DNA of 64,000 bases, from positions 1,683 to 65,682 of the forward strand of contig CAYLLO010000002.1 of NCBI GenBank assembly GCA_964384805.1, written 5' to 3'. Positions 59,778-64,000 of this stretch are shown here, in pieces. The stretch comes from an uncultured Staphylococcaceae bacterium. Lineage in GTDB: Bacteria; Bacillota_I; Bacilli_A; ML615J-28; CAG-313. The translations under genes and the position numbers were made by a program. The notes below the pieces were generated by a model, which was not told the origin of the DNA, ran no database searches, and saw only the letters and a program-made list of their open reading frames with translations. Position 1 is the stretch's first letter. Each line of letters starts with the position of its first letter.

Positions 59778-60002
59778 TGTTTTGTGATATATTCAAAATA
59801 GTAGTTTTATGAAATTTACAATTTTATCATGTTTATAAATTTAAATTTTTTTGTACATTATTTTGTGGTTGTTAATAAAATCTTTTATGGTAATTTGTTC
59901 TATTTCACCCCAAAACCTCAAAGGATTTTACAGAACCAGTAGTTGTAAAATAAAAAGCCAGATAACCTTTTTGTGGAGTTGTTAACTGACTTTAATTGGT
60001 TA

Positions 60003-61571
60003 TTATTTATAAATATATGCTCCTACTGTATTAATAGTATTTTCATCATATTTTAACCATCCATCTTCTAATGCTTGATCTACTATGTAGCCTCGATTAA
60101 TGTCCGAACATTCTTTCAATAATGTTATGATTTCTTCTTTTAAATTAGTTAAAATTTCATTATTTTTATTGAATGATTTTCTTTTATTTAATATTAAGAC
60201 ATTAGGTATTACAACATCATTATCATTTTTCAAATAGCCATAATTAATTAACTGATTTATATATCCTTTTTCACATTCATCAATTTTTCCATTACATACT
60301 AACCATAATGTATATGCATCATTATAATTTATATTTTCAGGGGTTTTGTTATATAAATCTTTTACATAAAACTTATATTGTCCATAATGTATATCTAACT
60401 TAATATCTTTTTCATCCTCATATTTATACCCGTGTAAACCAACAAAATTAGGTACAGTAAAATCCACTGGATGTTCATATCCTGTTAAAGTCCAAGCACC
60501 ATCATCTGGTCTTTGAGGCCTATCATCCTTGTAACTAACAGAACTATTTACAAACTTGCCATTTTTTGTTTCAAGCAATAAAAAATCAAACACTTTTACA
60601 AGTAAAGTCCATTTAGCATTTACATATCCTATATACTCAAAATTAACTTTTCCTGTATCTTCTTTAATAAACAAATCTATCATTTCACATATTTTATATG
60701 TTATTTGCTTTGATACTTTAGTGTTTATTTCATATTGTTTGAATTGTTCTTCTTTACTTAAAATTTTAAAATTAGTTTCATATTTATTTCCAATCTTTTT
60801 TAACAACTCCTCTTTACATAAAAATTCTAATTCATCTTCCATATAAGGAAGCGCAATTCCTAACTCTAATGCAAGTTGTTCAACAGTTTGAGGATTTTCG
60901 TATACTTCTAAAAAAATATTTTTGTATAATAAATGCGTAATAATTGACCATGGTTGTCCCTTTTTACCATCTTTGCCATTCATTACAAAACCAATATTTT
61001 CAGGATTATAACTTCTTTTACCAAACTTTCTTGTCATGTTCATACCTTCTTTCAATACATTTCTAGCTCTATGCAAACGTTGATGTATTGCATCAACCGA
61101 AAGATCTTGTGATTTTGCAATGTCTTTTATACTTTTGTTTTCTAAATAATAAGCAACTATAATATTACGGTATTCACTTTTTATAAACGCTAACTCCCTT
61201 CTTAAAAGTGCTAACTGTTCATCGTATATCATTTCATTTATGACATTAGTTGTATCGTCAACGATATCTTTATCATAAATGTCGACACTATTAATATTTT
61301 CTCTTCTAATACGTTTCTTAGTTGCCCATTTAGAATAAATATTACGTGCTATTTGCCATATCCAAGCAGAATAATTATCGGGAACTGTACCTTTGTTTAA
61401 ACCATTAATTACATTTAATGCAATATCTTGAGTTAAGTCTTCTGCATCTAACCTATTAGTTGTCTTTTTTAAGCAGAAATAAAATATCTTTCCCATATAA
61501 TTATCAACAAAATCTTGAACTAACTTATCACGCACATTCGTATTATCTAACATTATCTCACCATCTTTCAT
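60003..61571 (-). CDS. ECF-type sigma-70 factor fused to a ~340-aa C-terminal domain of unknown function
   Basis: Residues ~40-180 contain region 2 (DLTQDIALNV...WIWQIARNIYSKW) and region 4 (SIKDIAKSQDLSVDAIHQRLHRARNVLKE). The C-terminal domain is homologous to the stand-alone protein at 62901-63983. Confidence 0.7.
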   Translation of the reverse strand: MKDGEIMLDNTNVRDKLVQDFVDNYMGKIFYFCLKKTTNRLDAEDLTQDIALNVINGLNKGTVPDNYSAWIWQIARNIYSKWATKKRIRRENINSVDIYDKDIVDDTTNVINEMIYDEQLALLRRELAFIKSEYRNIIVAYYLENKSIKDIAKSQDLSVDAIHQRLHRARNVLKEGMNMTRKFGKRSYNPENIGFVMNGKDGKKGQPWSIITHLLYKNIFLEVYENPQTVEQLALELGIALPYMEDELEFLCKEELLKKIGNKYETNFKILSKEEQFKQYEINTKVSKQITYKICEMIDLFIKEDTGKVNFEYIGYVNAKWTLLVKVFDFLLLETKNGKFVNSSVSYKDDRPQRPDDGAWTLTGYEHPVDFTVPNFVGLHGYKYEDEKDIKLDIHYGQYKFYVKDLYNKTPENINYNDAYTLWLVCNGKIDECEKGYINQLINYGYLKNDNDVVIPNVLILNKRKSFNKNNEILTNLKEEIITLLKECSDINRGYIVDQALEDGWLKYDENTINTVGAYIYK

Positions 61572-61756
61572 ATATATAGTGTATGAATTTCCAATTTACT
61601 GACACACTTTTTTTAATTATTTTATCATTAACACTATTATCTCCTATAGGTTTGAGTCGTAAATTAATGGTTCGAGTCTATGGCAATATGCACAACAAAA
61701 AGTGTTAAATGTATCTTTTTGTAGCAATAATCTAATTTTATTTATGCAACAAAAAA

Positions 61757-62653
61757 TTACTTGTCATACTCTATCCTAAAATAATCAAGATAAACTTTAA
61801 ATTGATCTTGGGCTGTAAAACACGTATCAATCAAGTATCCTTTTTCTTGTTCCCATTCTTTTAGTCCTCTATAGTAGAACATCTTTAGTTTTTCATCTAT
61901 TATAAAAGGAACAATGTTATTTTTAAGACATTCCTTAAACATTAAAAGCCTACCTACTCTTCCATTACCATCCTGAAAAGGATGAATATATTCAAATCTA
62001 TAATGAAACTCAATTATATCATTTAATGTTTTATTATTAATACTGTTATACCATTCAATTAAAGATTTAACTTCATATTCAACTTTTTCGGGACTTGTAG
62101 TTATTCTTCCACTGACTTCATTAGGAAATTTTTTATAATCACCTACAGCAAACCAACTTTTTCTACTATCAGTTGTCCCATTTTTCAAAATAAAGTGAAG
62201 TTGTTTTATTAAATTTTCAGTAATATTAAACTTAGCCTTATCTATAATTAAATCAATACATCTAAAATGATTTGCAGTTTCAACAATATCATCCACATTT
62301 ACAACTTCATCGGTTAAACCAATTGTGTTAGTTTCATATATATATCTTGTTTGATCATGTGATAGACGGCTTCCTTCGATATGATTAGAATTATATGTAA
62401 ATTCTATTTGAACTTTATGATAAATTCCGCCTTTAAGTTTAGATTCTTTTTCTAATTTTAAAATATCAAGTAATGTTTTCTTACAATTATTAACTCTTTC
62501 TTTTCTATCCGGTTTAATAGCATCACTTGGTATCATCCAAGTTTTACCAACAAGCATTACACCTGGAATTCTACCTTTTGAACAATAATTTCTAACACTT
62601 CGTTCTGATAAGAACCACAATTTTGCTATTTCTGTTACACTTAAATAACTCAT
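61757..62653 (-). CDS. Fic-family (Fido) protein with N-terminal HTH; class II-type with intramolecular inhibitory motif
   Basis: Fic motif HPFQDGNGRVGR (HPFx[DE]GNGR). SNHIEG matches the (S/T)xxxE(G/N) inhibitory-helix motif. The N-terminal region is excisionase/MerR-like HTH (LSVTEIAKLWFLSERSVRNYCSKGRIPG). Confidence 0.8.
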   Translation of the reverse strand: MSYLSVTEIAKLWFLSERSVRNYCSKGRIPGVMLVGKTWMIPSDAIKPDRKERVNNCKKTLLDILKLEKESKLKGGIYHKVQIEFTYNSNHIEGSRLSHDQTRYIYETNTIGLTDEVVNVDDIVETANHFRCIDLIIDKAKFNITENLIKQLHFILKNGTTDSRKSWFAVGDYKKFPNEVSGRITTSPEKVEYEVKSLIEWYNSINNKTLNDIIEFHYRFEYIHPFQDGNGRVGRLLMFKECLKNNIVPFIIDEKLKMFYYRGLKEWEQEKGYLIDTCFTAQDQFKVYLDYFRIEYDK

Positions 62654-62675
62654 ATTAACACCTCTAGTTACTATT

Positions 62676-62743
62676 ATTATACAACATTATCAGCAAAATA
62701 TCAACCTTTTATCTTTTGTTTTTTTGTTTTATTTTGCCGATAA
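62676..62743 (-). promoter_or_regulatory. Putative Fic promoter (-35 TTGATA, 17 nt, -10 TATAAT) overlapped by a 14-bp inverted repeat
   Basis: On the minus strand the -10 is at 62676-62681 and the -35 at 62699-62704. The IR arms are TTATCAGCAAAATA (62687-62700) and TATTTTGCCGATAA (62730-62743), with 1 mismatch and a 29-nt spacer. Confidence 0.35.
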
Positions 62744-62900
62744 AGGTAGTCCAAAATATTATACAATTAATAATAAAAGACAAAGTTAGTTTTTTAACCA
62801 TACTAATTTTGTATGGTAGGTTAGTCATTATGAATGATATAAATTATGAGCAACAATACAGATATCCTTTTTAATAGTCAACTAGCCAATTAATGCATTA

Positions 62901-63983
62901 TTATTCTCTTAATATAATAATTCCATTATATGTACAATACATTTTATTATTTTCAGTACATAATAATTGTTTATTTAAAAAATTATCAATTACTAATCCT
63001 TTAACTATCGCAAAAGTACTTACTAAATAATCCAATTGATTTTCTAAATATAACGGAATATAAGATTTTAATAGTTCTTTAATTTCTTTCCCCATTTCAA
63101 TATAACTATTTCTTAATGATTCATATTTTTCACTTAATAAAACTGAATTGATCTTAAATAAATCTTTTTCTTCTATAATTGGTACATTAAATTGCACTTT
63201 ATTATTAACAATGTCAATAAAACCTTTTTCTAATGCATCATTAATAAATCTATTAAGAATTTTGTTGTTCATGACATCTTCTTTATTTTCATTTAATTTA
63301 TTATAAGCATTATAAATAGACCCATAGTTTTCTTCACCATTTAATGCTACTTCTTCATAAATTACATCATTAGAATCAGATGATGAAAATGTATATCCAT
63401 AACATGATAGACAATCAAATCCATGAACACTAATTTTATCTATATTTTCACCTTCAACCATTGAAAAGTCCCAATTCCCTCCATCAGGTCTTTTAGTATG
63501 ATGATATTGATGATAACATCTACATTCTAAAAAAAACATTGTATAAAGCAATAAACTCCACATTAATTTATCCTTATCAAGATTCGACATATGTAAATAT
63601 TCCTTATATTTATCAATATAATTTGTAGTAAAATCAATTAAGTCTTTACTGATAATTTGTGAATATTTTTTCTTTATATTTTCTATTTCACTTACTATAT
63701 TTTTATTAATAAAGGCAAAGTTTGTAATATACTTATTTCCTTCCTTTTTTAACAATGTAACTTCAACTAATCTATCAACTATTTCTTCAACATATGGTCT
63801 TGCAATTCCTAATTCTAATGAATAATCTTCAATAGTACATGGATTATCATACGAATGATATAATAAATTTTTATGTATCATAGTTGGCGTTTCCATACAA
63901 GGATTGAATTTTCTACCGTTTCCCATCATTGAACTTTGAAAATCTTTTGGTACATATGCTTTCTTTCCATTTAGTTTTCCCAT
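62901..63983 (-). CDS. Stand-alone paralog of the C-terminal domain of the sigma-fusion protein (unknown function)
   Basis: 360 aa. It aligns with 60003-61571 from MNGKDGKKGQPW onward (LLY..Y.NP.T.E..LELGIA.PY.E....L.....LLKK.GNKY.TNF; RPD.G.W). An AAGGAG RBS lies at the window edge. Confidence 0.5.
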   Translation of the reverse strand: MGKLNGKKAYVPKDFQSSMMGNGRKFNPCMETPTMIHKNLLYHSYDNPCTIEDYSLELGIARPYVEEIVDRLVEVTLLKKEGNKYITNFAFINKNIVSEIENIKKKYSQIISKDLIDFTTNYIDKYKEYLHMSNLDKDKLMWSLLLYTMFFLECRCYHQYHHTKRPDGGNWDFSMVEGENIDKISVHGFDCLSCYGYTFSSSDSNDVIYEEVALNGEENYGSIYNAYNKLNENKEDVMNNKILNRFINDALEKGFIDIVNNKVQFNVPIIEEKDLFKINSVLLSEKYESLRNSYIEMGKEIKELLKSYIPLYLENQLDYLVSTFAIVKGLVIDNFLNKQLLCTENNKMYCTYNGIIILRE

Positions 63984-64000
63984 ATCTAAATACTCCTTTA

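Noticed and set aside
61640-61690. tRNA-like T-loop motifs GGTTTGAGTCG / GGTTCGAGTCT between the Fic and sigma-fusion genes (possible tRNA 3' end or att site)
   Set aside because: Flanking bases do not form a T-stem or acceptor stem and no cloverleaf can be drawn. It is probably a chance match within the sigma-gene promoter region.

Overview
This 64 kb window is AT-rich (low-GC, roughly 28%) and looks like a sporulating low-GC Firmicute. The short 1011-aa DnaE, the cotJ/ytfIJ/spoVE-like sporulation genes and the B. subtilis-like ackA-ytxK-ytfP-ytfJ-ytfI neighbourhood fit Erysipelotrichia or Clostridia. Nearly all genes are on the minus strand. No rRNA, tRNA, CRISPR array, transposase or integrase was found.

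The first ~13 kb is core housekeeping: cotJC, a cotJA-cotJB fusion, murB, murG, an ftsW/spoVE-family gene, tgt, pgi, a phosphoglucomutase and dnaE. From 13 to 20 kb there is a surface-protein island: an M6 (InhA-like) metalloprotease lipoprotein with its own promoter and a phased 12-bp direct repeat, followed by two large paralogous surface proteins anchored by a C-terminal TM helix. From 20 to 38 kb the content is mixed: ackA, ytxK-like, ytfP-like, ytfJ, ytfI; a YidD protein carrying an unusual 240-aa C-terminal extension; a PerR-rubrerythrin pair; an ABC exporter; split ChrA; an MFS transporter; then a LarA-family racemase, malic enzyme and Ldh_2 dehydrogenase cluster with membrane proteins; and a serine hydrolase. 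From 38 to 50 kb the genes are core again (ligA, pcrA, glnS), but they sit next to a markedly divergent groES/groEL-like pair that has no CIRCE element and no GGM tail.

The last ~14 kb is the most accessory-looking and the most interesting. It holds a LytTR regulator with a small membrane protein, then an RNPP/Rgg-like XRE-TPR regulator with a candidate short hydrophobic peptide ORF downstream and a perfect 20-bp palindrome upstream. Next come a GNAT, an unknown 295-aa protein, two tandem ABC half-transporter exporters, and a transmembrane-less HPK10-type kinase with a LytTR response regulator. A ~1.1 kb gene-decay scar follows, with a C-terminal ABC ATPase remnant and an N-terminal AAA ATPase remnant. 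Finally there is an ECF-type sigma factor fused to an uncharacterised ~340-aa domain, an HTH-Fic (class II) protein, and a stand-alone paralog of that ~340-aa domain cut by the window edge.
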